In this document: in pieces, positions 63,531-64,000 of the stretch
How positions within the stretch are numbered: position 1 is the first letter of the stretch
How the letters are laid out: every line of letters starts with the position of its first letter
Assembly: GCA_963816145.1 (NCBI GenBank)
Contig: CAWFJP010000029.1
Span: 352,001-416,000 of the forward strand
From: an uncultured delta proteobacterium
Lineage (GTDB): Bacteria; Desulfobacterota; Binatia; UBA9968
DNA: 64,000 nt
Direction: 5' to 3'
Notes under the pieces: generated by a model
Told to the model about the DNA's origin: nothing
The model's input: the letters and a program-made list of their open reading frames with translations, nothing else
Database searches by the model: none
Made by a program: the position numbers and the translations under genes

Positions 63531-64000
63531 ATGAAATACAGCGAGCTGATCCAGTTTCAACCAATCGAATCCGTTATCGAGCTTCGCCAGGCGAACAAAC
63601 TCGATAAGGCGAAAGAACACGCCTCGACCTATGTCATTTCCGACGAGATGGTTAGAAGGCTCTCCGATCTTGCCATCCCCAATCTTCAGTTCGCCACGCC
63701 GCAGGATAATCGAGGCCTATTAATTGTCGGGAATTACGGCACCGGCAAATCCCATTTGATGTCGGTCATTTCGAGCGTAGCCGAAAACAGCGAAATCCAA
63801 CCACTTTTGACCAACGAGAATGCGCGTAAAGCCGTTTCGCCGATCGCGGGAAAATTTAAGGTCATTCGCTTGGAGATCGGCGCCACGGAAATGTCTCTCC
63901 GAGAAATTATCACTGGTCACTTGGAAGAAGGCCTTGCCCAGTGGGGCGTAACATTTCAATTTCCTGCCGCTGATAAGATTCGCGAGAACAAGACCGCCTT
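63531..64000 (+). CDS. brxC: BREX type 3 BrxC/PglY-like ATPase (DUF6079), 3'-truncated by the window end
   Basis: Not in ORF track; MKYSELIQFQPIESVIEL...YVISDEM...GLLIVGNYGTGKSHLMSVIS...GKFKVIRLEIGA; open to the window end. Confidence 0.85.
   Translation, partial: MKYSELIQFQPIESVIELRQANKLDKAKEHASTYVISDEMVRRLSDLAIPNLQFATPQDNRGLLIVGNYGTGKSHLMSVISSVAENSEIQPLLTNENARKAVSPIAGKFKVIRLEIGATEMSLREIITGHLEEGLAQWGVTFQFPAADKIRENKTA

Overview
GC-rich bacterial chromosomal window; gene content and order suggest a deltaproteobacterial-type lineage such as Binatia (inference). 1-18.9 kb is an accessory metabolic region (SsuA/NMT1-type binding proteins, amidohydrolases, heme-oxygenase-like diiron protein plus ltaE, adenine deaminase, UbiD, histidine kinase). 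It includes a selenocysteine-recoded redoxin (W-U-P-Y-C with a SECIS-like hairpin) that the ORF track splits in two. 19.2-21.0 kb is a decayed integrative element at tRNA-Leu(GAG). 21-51 kb is housekeeping: secG/tpiA/pgk, tol-pal, ribF, rluD, rho, rpsB-tsf-pyrH-frr-uppS-cdsA-dxr-rseP-tsaB, ilvBNC, psd-pssA, leuAB, asd, truA. 53.8-62.8 kb is a dense array of intact and decaying toxin-antitoxin modules separated by co-oriented mosaic repeats (a 44-bp structured core x4 plus tetrads of 9-nt-periodic TGGAAC). The array runs into the start of a type-3 BREX locus (brxF, brxC) cut by the window end. The repeat-delimited, cassette-like TA array is the best candidate for an undescribed system. Family assignments are from motif recognition only; no database searches were run.
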